Shown here one piece after another: positions 9,828 to 21,300 of a stretch of DNA of 64,000 bases; the stretch's first letter is position 1, and every line of letters begins with the position of its first letter. The stretch lies in NCBI GenBank assembly GCA_963843555.1, contig CAWJKV010000007.1, positions 32,001-96,000 of the forward strand. The letters run 5' to 3'. The DNA is from an uncultured Methanosarcinales archaeon (GTDB taxonomy: Archaea > Halobacteriota > Methanosarcinia > Methanotrichales > Methanotrichaceae). Made by a program: the position numbers and the translations under genes. The notes below the pieces were generated by a model that saw only the letters and a list, made by a program, of their open reading frames with translations, was not told where the DNA came from and did no database searches.

Positions 9828-10326
9828 CTATAGCAATAGTTCATACTTGACTTCGGTAACCATGCTGCCCCACAGCTCATGCGTCAGCTCCTCCGTCTGC
9901 CTGAATCCCACGGATTGGTAGAGCTTTGCGGCTATGGGGAGCGTATTCACCGTCCAGAGAAACACCGATGAGTATCCCGCATCCCGGCTGAAATCCAGAG
10001 CCTCTTCTACGAGCTTCCTCCCTATCCCACGGCCCCGCACCTCCGGGTCCAGGAGCAGCCAGCGGAGCTGAGCCTCTCTCTCTCGTGAACTTCACTATGG
10101 CCACGGAGCCAACGATCCGCTCTCCATCTTCGACGATCCATATGCGCTCCCCGGGCGAGGGCGATCTGGCAAATTCGGCCAGAGGAATGGCGACATAAGC
10201 GTCGAAGGTATGATCCCAGCCCTGATCGGCATACAGAATGCCGTGCAGGTATGTGATATAACCCACATCACCTGGCCGGAGGTCATGCCGTATGGAAATT
10301 CGGCGATCGAAGGAGGGCTCGCTCAT
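9828..10326 (-). CDS. GNAT N-acetyltransferase, frameshifted at about 10074-10084
   Basis: Two ORFs join as ...IVGSVAIVKFT/EAQLRWLLLDPEVRGRGIGRKL...LYQSVGF after removing 1 nt in a (GA)n run. Confidence 0.85.
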
Positions 10327-10386
10327 GATGCTCTGGCCTTTGTTACGGATGAATAATCAATTTATCGAATTATCGAAGACTTCCGC

Positions 10387-11577
10387 TCAGATCATCAGAA
10401 ATCCGCGTGGAGCTAAGCTCGTTGCCAGCATCACCATATTGATCTCACGGTGTTCCGTCCAGGTGCTGGCTTCCCTGTTCTTGCCATCCATCCAGAACTG
10501 TTCAATCTTTTCTCCTGAGCGGCACATATCCCATGAGCTCGACAACTCGCGGCTCTAGCTGACCCTGGCGGAATAATACAGGGTTCTCCTCCATCCATCT
10601 TGCCAGGTCTTCGACCGCTGCAAGCCCGATAGACATCCCGAGTTCCCGAAAGGCCAGGCGATAGCCGGCGGGATAAGCCAGCGTTTCGCTGCTCGCAAAA
10701 GCCTTCACTCCCAGAAGGGAGGAGCCCACGACGGCCTCCAGCAGACTCATGTTCTTTATGGCACCCTTAATCATCAATTGGGCAATTCTTGAGGCATCGA
10801 AGAGAAGACCGCCAATGCCTAGTGGATCGTCTGTGGGCAGGCTAATGCCCCGACAGATTCTGGCCATGTCTGTAATCTCTGGCTTGAGATCGAGCGGCGG
10901 CGGTTCTTTGAATTCGAAATCTCTGGAGCGCTGCTGCCTGGAGCTCATTGTAGGTGACAAAGCCGTCGAGAGGGTCGTGCTGGCCCATCGATGATACCAG
11001 CGGATAGGTGAGGTCGATGCTCATCTTCCAGTACATCCTCTTCCGGCCGCCATGAGGAGTGGCGTAAGTAAACCTGGCGTGGGCCGTCTGTGCGAGCTCT
11101 ATCGCCCACCTGGTATAGGTCGAGTCTCCGGTGACACGGGCCACGCAGTTGAGGGCGTGCATCCACTTGGTCAGATAATGGTAGTACTGCCCGTCCTGTT
11201 CCCATTCCAGACGCTCATTGGGCGGCTCATCGGTCCTGCGTTCGTTCAACTGCTTTCCGATGCGCAGGCCCCTCACGGTCGGGTGACGCTCGCCCTCTTC
11301 CTCATCAAGGCCGCTGATCCAGCCCTGTCTGGTGTCGTCATCTCGGTGCCGGCCCAGGGTGTGATGCACCTGGTCTACGAGGGATAGGGCGAGGTCCCGA
11401 TAGGTCTCGTCATCGGTCTGGCGGAAGAGCTCGAGGTAGTTGCAGACCGCGAACGCATCCGTCCATAGATAGCGCCGGGGATGAGAATCACTTGATGCCA
11501 GTCCCTTCAGTCCAGTCAGACGGCCAAAGTCCAGCATGATCTCCTGAGACAAGCGCACAGGCCTTGTTTTGGTCCAT
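10387..11577 (-). CDS. Conserved hypothetical protein with apparent +1 frameshifts at about 11547, 10928 and 10510
   Basis: RRYLWTDAFAVCN, GQYYHYLTKWMHAL, MGQHDPLDG, YRLAFRELG and EHREINMVMLATSLAP blocks are continuous across frames. Confidence 0.75.
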
Positions 11578-11600
11578 TCTTCATCTCCATTTCCTTATGT

Positions 11601-13452
11601 TTATCCATTCAAGGACCAAATTCTTCCATAATTGCTGGGCACAGTGATCTCTCTTTCCTCTCCCGCAGACACTTGGAAGCTATCCTGCTCCTGCTCATGC
11701 AGCTCCTCACCATAAATTCCGGCCAGAGGGAACTGGAAGGAGACTGTCTGATCGCTATCTGTGAAATTGAGAGCGATGAGGCTGAATGTATCCCTCAACC
11801 CTCGAGAGAAGAGCAACACTCCCTTGGACTGGTATCTCTGAGGATCGTCATAGAACCAATGATCGCCTTGCTGGAACTGGGGCTTCCTGCGCAGTTTCAT
11901 CAGTCTTCGCACCAGCGAGATCATCTTCTTGCCATATGAGTCGTAAAAGTAGTCCCATCTCATGGGCCTGAACATCACCACTCTTCCCAGACCGCCTTCG
12001 GGCACATAGTAATTCTCACAGAACTCCTGACCCTGCCAGAGCATTGGGATTCCCTTGGCCATCATCATGGCTATCAGGTAGGGCTGAACCTTGTACCAGC
12101 GACTTCTGTCTCCTTCCTTCAGCAGATCGTTGCTGTCCCTGGAGATGGTACCGAAGTTGCAGACGAAGCGGAAGTGATCATGATTCTCAATGTACTGCAG
12201 TGCAGTCTTCTTGATGCGATCATCGTTGACCACGACCTCGGTTGGAAAACCGTCGAGACCCAGCCGGTGTCCCAGGTCGGTCAGCCGCTCCGGCATCTGA
12301 GTTGCTACAGCAGTGGCAGCATCAAATGTCTGGTTCTGCCAGGTGCTGTTGCTGTAAGTCTTCTCCAGGACCTCCACAGGCCCTTCCAGTTGCTCCGCAC
12401 ATTGGATGAAGTTGATTTCATCTTCGTTGAAGAACCTCTGCCAGTGGTCTTTAGATCCCGACTTTGCCTTGATCGATTGATAAGTCTCATAAACCAGGTT
12501 GGAAAAGCCCTGGCCAGTCTGGGCCATCCCAGTAGTTGGGAACGCAGTCGTATCTGAATCCATCTACGTGATAGGTATCCAACCAGTGGTTACTGACAGT
12601 AAAGAAGAAGTCCCTCGTCAGAGCTCTCTTGAAATCCGTACTCTCTCCAAATAGGTCTTGGGCGAAAGGCCCCATGAAGGGGTTCTCAGCGTAGCCCAGC
12701 TCTCTATAAAGATAGGAGTAGGGAAACAGACCGTCAGTATGGCCATAGACCATATCGAGGATAACGGCTATTCCTTTGCCATGGGCTGCGTCGATCAGCC
12801 TCTGCATGTCACTCCTCTTGCCAAACCTCTCATCAACCCCAAAGTAGCCAATGGGGAGGAAGCCCCAATCGGTGGTGTTGGCAACATTTGTGACCGGCAT
12901 AATCTCTATGCAGTTGATGCCGAGATCAGAGAGATAATCGAGATGGTGAATCGTAGTATCTATATCTCCTCCAAACTCGTTTATCATCAGTTCATAGATG
13001 ACCAGTTCGTCCTGCCTTGGAGTCTTCCACACTTCTTCGTTCTTCCAGATATGAGGTTCGTATCCCAGAGTGAAGGCTGAGAGCTTTCCTATTCCGAATT
13101 CTCGAGCGTATGGATCTATGATCCAGTCTATGGGCTCTTTATCTGGCCTCTCCAGTAAATATCTGTAGACATACCTTCCCTCAGTCCCCCATGCGGATTT
13201 CGGATGAGGTTTGGAGTTTTGATCGATCTTTACCCAGGTCGACCAGTAGTCACCATACTCCGGATCGGTCGAGTGTTCCATCTCAAAGACCTTCGGCTGT
13301 ATATCCTGTAAGAACTGATCCTTCTCATGGATGACCTTGACTGAGATCTTATTGCCATTCGCCTCCGATACCCAGGGAAAAAATACCCCAAAGTCAGCCA
13401 CGCCTTCCGGGGTGCATCTGGCACCCAATTTTTCCAGTGGCAAGAGATTCAT
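11601..13452 (-). CDS. GH13 alpha-amylase-family glycosidase (branching enzyme/TreZ-like), frameshifted at about 12519
   Basis: IDPYAR, IYEL, LGINCIEIMP, VILDMVYGH, GFRYD, CAEQ, YIENHD, GIPMLWQGQEF motifs. Confidence 0.9.
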
Positions 13453-13841
13453 TATTGACCTCCTCGAATTGATAAGAGCCGCCTTTCTGAAACATCATCT
13501 ATCAACGGTAACAGAAATCTGAATGCAGGAGACTCTCCTAATAACTTCTATTGTCATTTATACTAGTTAAGGATTATGAAAGATGCATTTGAAGCTCTGC
13601 CTGCTTTACTCTACCAGTTGAAATGTGGCTGGCAACTGCACATCCTACTGCTCCTCCGGCAAGATCTCCCTCTTTCGATCCAGCTCCTCTCCTCCAGCCT
13701 CCTTTGAATGAGCAGATCGTATAAATAATTCAGTATGTGTAAGCATATTGGCAAAAGCGTTTATATCACACTAGATCTCTCGTCGGTTGGAAAATCGAGA
13801 TGAGATCTGTGAAATTGAAAGGGAGATCGAGTGATGCACTT

Positions 13842-14879
13842 ATGGTGAACCAGCAACAGAAAGAGACGGTCGGCATAGCCTCTATTGGCCACTACATCCC
13901 TGAAAATATTCTCACCAGCAGCGAGATGTCGAGGCTCTCTGGCATACCATTGCCGGTATTCCTGGAGAAGATCGGGATGGAGAAGAAACATATCGCGGCC
14001 AGGGATGAGCAGCCCTCGGATATGGGCATTCGTGCAGCCAGGGAGGCTGTTAAAAGGGCGGGGATCGATCCCGGTGAAATAGGAGTTATTGCGTACTGCG
14101 GCGCCAGCTTTTACGACTACAGGTTCTGGTCTCCGGCGGCGAGGATCCAGTCGGAACTGGGTGCTGACAATTGCTACGCTTTTGAGGTCAAGAACGGCTG
14201 CAACGGTGGAAACCTGGGGGTTAACCTCTGCAAGAATCTGTTGCTCGGCGATTCTGAAAAAGAGTATGCTCTGGTTGTCTGCTCAGAAAAGTTTTCTAAT
14301 TCGATAGACTACACAGATCCCAACTCTCTTTCGCTCTTCATGGTGGGAGATGGGGCAGTGGCAGCGGTGCTGAGGAAGGGCGAGACCACGAACCAGCTGC
14401 TCGACTATGCCTCGCTGACGGATGGGTCAACTGTCGATTGCGTCAAGGTTCCCATGGGCGGGACCCGGCATCCCTATTCTCTTGTAAAGCCTGAGTCGGC
14501 AAACAGGCTGAACTACATATGTGTGGACGACCCGGAAGGGCTCGATCGGATTTTGTCACTGACCTACCTGGAGAACTACGTGAAAGTGATCAGAAGAGCC
14601 GCGGAAAAGAGCGGCCACTCCCTGAAGGATATCGATTTCCTTTTCACCAATCAGGTTAAGAGAAGCCTCTCTCGTGATATATTCCAATCCGTTGGCCTGG
14701 GCGAGGAGAATACTGTAACCTCCATAAGAGACTATGGCCATATGGGCACTGTCGATACCCTTTTCAACCTCGGACGAGCGATCGAGCAGGGGCTGATGAA
14801 ACCAGGCTGCCTGGCTGTTATCGCCAGCAGTGGCGCGGGCTTCACCTGGGCGGCTATGGCCTTGAAGTTCACTGATTGA
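13842..14879 (+). CDS. 3-oxoacyl-ACP synthase III (FabH/KAS III)-like condensing enzyme
   Basis: GHYIP, NGCNGG (catalytic Cys), GDGAVA, YGHMG, GAGFTW motifs. Confidence 0.85.
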   Translation: MVNQQQKETVGIASIGHYIPENILTSSEMSRLSGIPLPVFLEKIGMEKKHIAARDEQPSDMGIRAAREAVKRAGIDPGEIGVIAYCGASFYDYRFWSPAARIQSELGADNCYAFEVKNGCNGGNLGVNLCKNLLLGDSEKEYALVVCSEKFSNSIDYTDPNSLSLFMVGDGAVAAVLRKGETTNQLLDYASLTDGSTVDCVKVPMGGTRHPYSLVKPESANRLNYICVDDPEGLDRILSLTYLENYVKVIRRAAEKSGHSLKDIDFLFTNQVKRSLSRDIFQSVGLGEENTVTSIRDYGHMGTVDTLFNLGRAIEQGLMKPGCLAVIASSGAGFTWAAMALKFTD

Positions 14880-14922
14880 CAAAATCCAACTTCAAAAATT
14901 GAGTTAGATCAGGAGCAAATGC

Positions 14923-16119
14923 TCAGGCCTTGACAAATTTGCTCTTGGGAGCGCCGCAGGGGCACTTCCAGGTGGAAGGAAGCCGCTCAAATGGAACACC
15001 ATCGTTCTCAGCCGGATCGTAGATGTAGCCGCATACTGTGCATCTCCACCTGGCAGGATTGCTTCCATTGTTCGCTGCCCCAGTATCCGTCGCCTTCAGG
15101 GTCGGGCTCCTTGCCGGGATGCTATCTGTTTGAGAGATGTCCGCATGGTTGCGATCGCTGCCGGAAGCCTCCAGGGAGGAGACTATGGCTTCGGCGAACT
15201 CTTGAGAGGCCGAAGGACCATTTCCCGTGATGATGTTTCCATCCTGCACCACCGCTTCATCAGACACAATTGCGCCTTTGGATTTGATGTGATCCGTTTC
15301 CGATGCGGTGGCTCTCTTGCCTTTGAGAAGGCCGGCATCCGCCAGGATCCAGGGACCCAGACAGATGGCTCCTACCAGCTTCTTTTGTGCTATGGCTGAC
15401 TTTGCCAGAGCCTGGTAGTCGGGATCTTCGTGAAGTTTGAGTGAGTAGATTCCTTCACCACCAACGAATACCACGGCTATGTAGTCGGATAGCTTGACGC
15501 TCTTCAGATCCAGATCTACATCGATGCTCTCACCGTTCATTCCTGTAGCAGTCTTCACTCCTTTGGAGGCCAGGACGACGGAGTAGCCCATGCTCTGGAA
15601 GTAATCGCGAGGCACATTCAGCTCCTCCTCCTGATACTGCTGAGGCGAAAGGACCATCAGGATCTTTCCTTTGCCGGAAGCTTCATCGGACCCGGGCGCG
15701 GAACTGCTGCTCAATGTATTTCCGGAAAATGGTGGAGTCGAGATAGTTGTGTCAATCGATTTCTTTGCAGAGTCATTTACACTGTTGTAGAACTCGTTTT
15801 CCTGCAAATTCACGTTGTTTCCGTCTTCCACTTCCGGCTGGCTGTATTCTGGTGAGGCGTACCCGGATGTGCTTTCTTCCAGGGCTGCCTGACAGGATAC
15901 TGGCATGAAGTTGCCTGCATATGCCGAATAACAGGAGGGGCAGGGTGTATATGGGTTGATGCTCGCGGCCTCGGCCGGGGTCAGGCTGACGATATATCCG
16001 CAGACAGGGCACTGCCAGCAAGCGTAGCCAGTATCTGTTTCCAGATCGTACTGGGCAGATGCTGAAAATGTCCCTGCCAGCGACAGGAGAATGACTATTG
16101 TCAGGAATGGGGTCTTCAT
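14923..16119 (-). CDS. Signal-peptide protein with CxxC/CxxC domain, DJ-1/PfpI domain and C-terminal rubredoxin
   Basis: [70 protein letters not shown]. Confidence 0.85.
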   Translation of the reverse strand: MKTPFLTIVILLSLAGTFSASAQYDLETDTGYACWQCPVCGYIVSLTPAEAASINPYTPCPSCYSAYAGNFMPVSCQAALEESTSGYASPEYSQPEVEDGNNVNLQENEFYNSVNDSAKKSIDTTISTPPFSGNTLSSSSAPGSDEASGKGKILMVLSPQQYQEEELNVPRDYFQSMGYSVVLASKGVKTATGMNGESIDVDLDLKSVKLSDYIAVVFVGGEGIYSLKLHEDPDYQALAKSAIAQKKLVGAICLGPWILADAGLLKGKRATASETDHIKSKGAIVSDEAVVQDGNIITGNGPSASQEFAEAIVSSLEASGSDRNHADISQTDSIPARSPTLKATDTGAANNGSNPARWRCTVCGYIYDPAENDGVPFERLPSTWKCPCGAPKSKFVKA

Positions 16120-16315
16120 GACGGGACAGTTTTGAAGGCTGAAGAATAAATAGATCTGCGAACCTGAAGTACTACTATCATCAAGGTTGAATATATAGAA
16201 TAAAATTTGCATATCGACGACTGAGAATCGAGCCGGTGCACAACACGGTTGCAGCTCCTGTCGCAATCGATGGTACTTCACAATTTTATTGGTCTCTACC
16301 CCTCTTCGACCCCAA

Positions 16316-16546
16316 TTATGATCGATAAAGTTTCGGCAGCCCTGCTACAAAGTGGCTGTAAGGCCTTCCTGCTGCGGCCAGATAGATGAAGATCGCTGCC
16401 CATGCCCAGGCAGCCAGAGCAAAAGGCAAAGTGATAATTATAAAGAAGGTGAGCATTAGGATCAGCCCGACGATGAATAGCAGAACTGCTATAATGACGT
16501 ATAAGAGCCTTCTAGCAAGGCTTATCTTCTCATACAAAGGATCCAT
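16316..16546 (-). CDS. Small two-TM membrane protein
   Basis: 76 aa, long hydrophobic stretch. Confidence 0.55.
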   Translation of the reverse strand: MDPLYEKISLARRLLYVIIAVLLFIVGLILMLTFFIIITLPFALAAWAWAAIFIYLAAAGRPYSHFVAGLPKLYRS

Positions 16547-16860
16547 ACTTATCTTAGTGACTGGTAATGTACTAGAAGATATATCTTCTTGCTGTCAGAC
16601 AGTACTATTCTTGCCTCCAGTACGAGAGCCAAACGACGGCGGCGTACCTACGCAGCAGGTTGGTATCCAAAAACGCAGTCGAATCATGAGCACAATACCA
16701 GGGGGGCTTAATCCGACTAAAATCGTTATTGACAAAAATGCTGATTTAAAATTGGAAGTTGCCCAGTTTTCAGGTTTTCTCCTTCAAAGAAACTCGGCAA
16801 CTTTGATCACATATATTCTCCTCGGCTGTGGCTATGCTCATGCAAGAAATTAGAGTTTCA

Positions 16861-17415
16861 TCAAGGCATCAGTTTCAACGTCTCTACGATCCTTGCAGTC
16901 GTATTCATGTCCAGTTCGGAGGTCAAAATGGCGTGAGTATATTCGTCCAAATCCCAGAAGGCAATTATGGACTCATTGGCTGGCTTGTTCATAGGGGCTA
17001 GCATAATAATCTTATGAAGAGTCACATTCTTTCCCTGAGAGCTATTGACTATCACATCCTCAATCTCCATTCCGCCAGTAAGCTTTGCCGACGCTACAAA
17101 CATGCTCTCCATGGAGTTTGAAAACTCGCTCTGATTTATCAGCTGATTTTCATTGCCCTCCATATTTATGGACATAAGCGCTATGCTGGCATTTTTACCC
17201 ATCGGCTTAGTGCTGTTGATGGATACCGCATCAACAACCATGGCCACACTGGCGTTCACCGATATATTATACTCTGATTCAGATATCATGTCAAAAGATA
17301 TGTTCTTCTTCCCAATGACAGATACTGTATCCTCAAAGGCAGCACATGTGGGCAGAAGACAGATCGCGTACAAAGTTAGGAATATCAAAGCGAGCTCTAT
17401 TTTCGAGAATCTCAT
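16861..17415 (-). CDS. Secreted hypothetical protein
   Basis: GGTGA SD, signal peptide, multiple N-glycosylation sequons. Confidence 0.75.
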   Translation of the reverse strand: MRFSKIELALIFLTLYAICLLPTCAAFEDTVSVIGKKNISFDMISESEYNISVNASVAMVVDAVSINSTKPMGKNASIALMSINMEGNENQLINQSEFSNSMESMFVASAKLTGGMEIEDVIVNSSQGKNVTLHKIIMLAPMNKPANESIIAFWDLDEYTHAILTSELDMNTTARIVETLKLMP

Positions 17416-17772
17416 TTTAATTCACCATAATAGAGACAGTGTTTAAATTGATAAGTTTTTTGATTGGTAACGATTAATAGCTGTTTAAAGCTAAAAATGA
17501 CCCGGTTCTCAGCGCTTCTCTACCATAAGGAAACTCGACAATCCCGATCGTGTGCACGCCTATCGCCCAATGTTCCGAGCTGACCTTAAGGAAGATGCCT
17601 GTAGTAGCCAGAGGGGCATGGCCTGGAGATTCCCGCTTAATTATTGTTACTAAATATTCAAAATTTAAATCTATATTAGTTAGTTGCTATTGCACTCAAG
17701 TCTATTGCTAGATCGACAATTTTAAATATAACAAGCTAAAATTATTATAGTAGATGGAAGTGGGGGCTTCAG

Positions 17773-18468
17773 ATGGGTACCGGATACAACTGGGCAGGGG
17801 ATGCAATTGTCAGGGATACGATCATGTGGGATAAGAGAGTCGTCATCGGCAACTCTGGTGTTTTCATCCCCACTGATATCCGGGATTGGCTCACTTGCAC
17901 CGGCAGCGAGGTTATAATAAGAGCTCTGCAAGAGATTGGTCTTCCCTCTGCGCGGGAGGCCGGCACCTTCGATATTAGAGCCTGGAGAATCTGGGATTAC
18001 GTAGCAAGAAATGTGCAATATATCACAGATAAAGAATGCTTCGGCCTGGGTGACTTCTGGCTTTTTCCTGAGGAGACGCTCATGCTTCGTAAAGGAGACT
18101 GCGAGGACTCCTCATTCCTGCTGGGCGCTCTTCTCCTGGCCAGCGGAGTGTCAGATCAATGCGTGCGGGTGGTGCTGGGCCGGGTCATCTCTCCGGATGG
18201 AACATACGGCCATGCCTGGGTAGTCTATCAGAGTGAGTCCGGCCAGTGGTGCCTTCTGGAATCCACATTGGACTGTGTACCTGAGCGACTCGCGCCTGCC
18301 GATCCTTTTGCAATGCCCGGCAATCAATACCAGTACCAGCCCCAGTTCTGCCTGAACGCCTCTCACCTCTGGTCGATGGCGCCCATCAGGACGGAGATGG
18401 CCGATTACCTGAAAATGCGTGCCAAACCCAAGAGAATGGAGGCTGCTTCCATGAAGGTTACCTTATAA
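17773..18468 (+). CDS. Transglutaminase-like cysteine protease domain protein
   Basis: FWLFPEETL..KGDCED, GHAWV, W.LLEST motifs. Confidence 0.85.
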   Translation: MGTGYNWAGDAIVRDTIMWDKRVVIGNSGVFIPTDIRDWLTCTGSEVIIRALQEIGLPSAREAGTFDIRAWRIWDYVARNVQYITDKECFGLGDFWLFPEETLMLRKGDCEDSSFLLGALLLASGVSDQCVRVVLGRVISPDGTYGHAWVVYQSESGQWCLLESTLDCVPERLAPADPFAMPGNQYQYQPQFCLNASHLWSMAPIRTEMADYLKMRAKPKRMEAASMKVTL

Positions 18469-18508
18469 GTCTCCATTGAGTGGATGCCCCGATCATAGCG
18501 TTGCAGAA

Positions 18509-18996
18509 TTACAGGATTTTTGTCTCTCTTGCACATTGATTTTCAGGAATCCATTCAATATTTTCATCCTTTCGGGAGCGAACGAACTCCAGCATCCGTT
18601 CCATCTTCTTCCAGTGTCCTCCCTGCCAGTAGAGCTTCTTACAGCCGGGACACTCCCACTTCCTCGATGGTTCGGATTCGACATCCTGAAGAAGAGTGTT
18701 GCACAGCGTGCATCTCTGCGGATCGAGCTGCAGGGGTACACCCTCTCCGGCCATCTCCATGGAGCTGATCGGAAATTTTGGAGGAGCGGATAAGTACGCA
18801 CTCCACACCCGCACCCGGGCAGGCCTGGAAGAGTCTCTTGTCCCTGGTTATGACAATCCTGCCCTCTTCCTCTTGCCTGACGCAATAGCTCGCTGTCGCT
18901 GCTGCCTTCGGGATTGGCCACATCCTGACCCAGGAGCCGCAGCCACCTTCCCAGGCGCATGAGCATCAAATCCACCAGAAAGCGTTTTTGTTCCAC
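18509..18996 (-). CDS. Mut7-C RNase (PIN plus Zn ribbon), with +1 frameshifts at about 18872 and 18762
   Basis: FLVDLML.RLGRWLRLLG.D, RIVITRD, RCTLCN, CPGCKKLYWQGGHW across three frames. Confidence 0.85.
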
Positions 18997-19049
18997 CTCC
19001 CAGCTTTAGCATCCGCAACTATTTATCGATTGATCTCGACCCTACTGCT

Positions 19050-20972
19050 ATGAAGAAGGCGATGAGCAATGTGGACGTCGCTGCCATTGTGGAGGAGCTT
19101 CGGGACAGGATCCTGGGCGGCTTCATGGGCAAGGCCTACCAGCAATCCTCAGACAAAATCTGGCTCTCGGTTCAGTCTCCTGCCGAAGGTCGGCTGGATC
19201 TGCTTTTAGAGGCAGGGAGAAGGGTTCACATCACCAGCGGCGAACGACCCGCCTCCAAGACGCCGCCTCAGTTTCCCACCATGCTGCGCAGTCACCTTTC
19301 CGGGGGCAGGATCGTCGACATCCAGCAGTACGACTTCGACCGCGTGCTTGAGATCGCAGTAGAGCGGAGCGGCATTCGCAATTATCTCATCGTCGAGCTC
19401 TTTCCCAAGGGCAGCATGGTGCTGCTTGATGAATCAAGGCTGATCCTCAGCATGCTCAGGAAGATGCTCTACCGGGGCAGCAAAATGGCAGCAGGCGAGC
19501 AGTACCTCTACCATCCCGGCCAGCTCGATCCGAGGACTATCTCCCGGGAAGACCTGGCAGTCTGGTTGGCCTCATCCGGCCAGGATCTGGTGAGATCTCT
19601 GGTGCGGGGATTGAACATGGGCGGAACCTACGGGGAGGAGGTGTGTCTGGTTGCCGGAGTGGATAAGAACAAGCAGGCGATCGATTTAGATGCCGGGGAG
19701 ATCGATCGGGTCCACAGGGCTCTGAAGGAGGTCTTTTTGGATGAAACCCTCGATCCGCACATTGTCCTTCGTGATGGAGAGCCCTTTGATGTCCTGTCCC
19801 GGCCGCTGAAGCTCTATCTGGGTCTGGAGCAGAAGCGCTTTGCCACTTTCAGCGAAGCCCTGGACGCCTTTTTCGTAAAGGTGGAGGAAGTATCGCCTCG
19901 CCAGGACCCTCTGGATCGCAGGATAGAGCTGCAGAAGAAAGCCATTGAGGAGTTCAAGTCCCAGGAGAAGGCGTTCGTCCAGAAGGGAGAGCTGATCTAC
20001 CAGATCTACGGCGAAGTCGAGCAGATTCTTGTCTTGATGGCAGAGGCCAGAGTTAGGGGTTTTTCCTATAACCAGATCTGGGAAAGGATCAGCGGCTCAG
20101 GCCTTCCTCAGGCCAGGACCATTCTTTCCCTGGACGGCAAAGGAGAGATGCGGGTATCGCTGGAAGGAGCCGAGCTGGAGCTGAATGCCAATTTGACCGT
20201 CCCCCAGAATGCGCAAAGGTATTACGAAAAGGCCAAAGAGATGGCCCGCAAAGCCAGCGGTGCCAAAGGCGCTCTGGCCATCACCGAGGAGCTGCGTGCC
20301 AGCAAAGCCGGGCCCAAGAAAACGAGGGCCGCACAGGTTCACCGCCGCAGGAAGCCCAAGTGGTATGAGAGGTTCCGCTGGTTTTACTCATCGGACGGAT
20401 TTCTGGTCTTGGGCGGAAGGGACGCGGATACCAATGAGGAGATATACACCAAATACCTGGAGAGGCGCGATCTGGCAATGCATACGGATGCGCCCGGCGC
20501 TCCTTTGACAGTGATAAAGACAGAGGGGGAGGAGGTTCCAGAGAGCACCCTCCTGGAGGCGGCCCAGTTTGCCGTGAGCTACTCCTCCGTCTGGAAGGGC
20601 GGACTTGTGGCTGCTGATTGCTATCTGATCAAAGGCGATCAGGTGAGCAAGACCCCGGAGTCGGGCGAGTTCTTGAAGAAGGGTGCCTTTGTCATTCGTG
20701 GCGAGCGCAGGTACTTCCGGGATGTCCCCCTGGGCATAGCCCTGGGCGTGGCAGAGGGCGTCCTCATAGGCGGTCCTGTTTCGGCAGTCAAGCCCAAAGC
20801 GGATCCGGCGGTGGAGATTGAGCCTGGCGAATTCAATGCCGATGATCTGGCCAAGCGCATCTACAGGCTTTTCTCAGAAGTAGTGGAGGATAGATCTTTC
20901 TTGAAGGCCGCCGCCTCCGTGGACCAGATTGTGCAATTCCTGCCGCCGGGAGGATCGCGGGTAAAGGGGTGA
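19050..20972 (+). CDS. rqcH: Ribosome quality-control NFACT/Rqc2 (RqcH) homolog
   Basis: MSNVDV, FDRV, NAQRYYEKAK, WYERFRWF, GGRDA, VSKTPESGEFLKKGAFVIRG motifs. Confidence 0.92.
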   Translation: MKKAMSNVDVAAIVEELRDRILGGFMGKAYQQSSDKIWLSVQSPAEGRLDLLLEAGRRVHITSGERPASKTPPQFPTMLRSHLSGGRIVDIQQYDFDRVLEIAVERSGIRNYLIVELFPKGSMVLLDESRLILSMLRKMLYRGSKMAAGEQYLYHPGQLDPRTISREDLAVWLASSGQDLVRSLVRGLNMGGTYGEEVCLVAGVDKNKQAIDLDAGEIDRVHRALKEVFLDETLDPHIVLRDGEPFDVLSRPLKLYLGLEQKRFATFSEALDAFFVKVEEVSPRQDPLDRRIELQKKAIEEFKSQEKAFVQKGELIYQIYGEVEQILVLMAEARVRGFSYNQIWERISGSGLPQARTILSLDGKGEMRVSLEGAELELNANLTVPQNAQRYYEKAKEMARKASGAKGALAITEELRASKAGPKKTRAAQVHRRRKPKWYERFRWFYSSDGFLVLGGRDADTNEEIYTKYLERRDLAMHTDAPGAPLTVIKTEGEEVPESTLLEAAQFAVSYSSVWKGGLVAADCYLIKGDQVSKTPESGEFLKKGAFVIRGERRYFRDVPLGIALGVAEGVLIGGPVSAVKPKADPAVEIEPGEFNADDLAKRIYRLFSEVVEDRSFLKAAASVDQIVQFLPPGGSRVKG

Positions 20973-20983
20973 GCACGATGGAA

Positions 20984-21008
20984 TGGACCGGTTGAATAGA
21001 CCGGTCCA
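20984..21008. terminator. Stem-loop just downstream of rqcH
   Basis: TGGACCGGT-N7-ACCGGTCCA. Confidence 0.45.
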
Positions 21009-21300
21009 ATTGGCTGGTCGCAGGACCGGATTAAAATAGCTAAGAATCAAAATAGCAGAGAACCAACGTTTTTTTATATGATGGAACCATATTTACTAAT
21101 GGCATATCTGTGCCTGCTTTATGGCGTATTGTCACTATGGAGTCATTGTTAAAGAACGAATTCGGGAAGACCCTCCCAGCAGGATAGGATATTTGGGCGG
21201 CGGCTGGAGGCTGGTTAACGATCTCTCTGGCACCGCCCAACGTTCTTGTCCTGCCAAAAAATGAATTCTGGTCGGAATAATGTATTGTGAGGATGGTATT

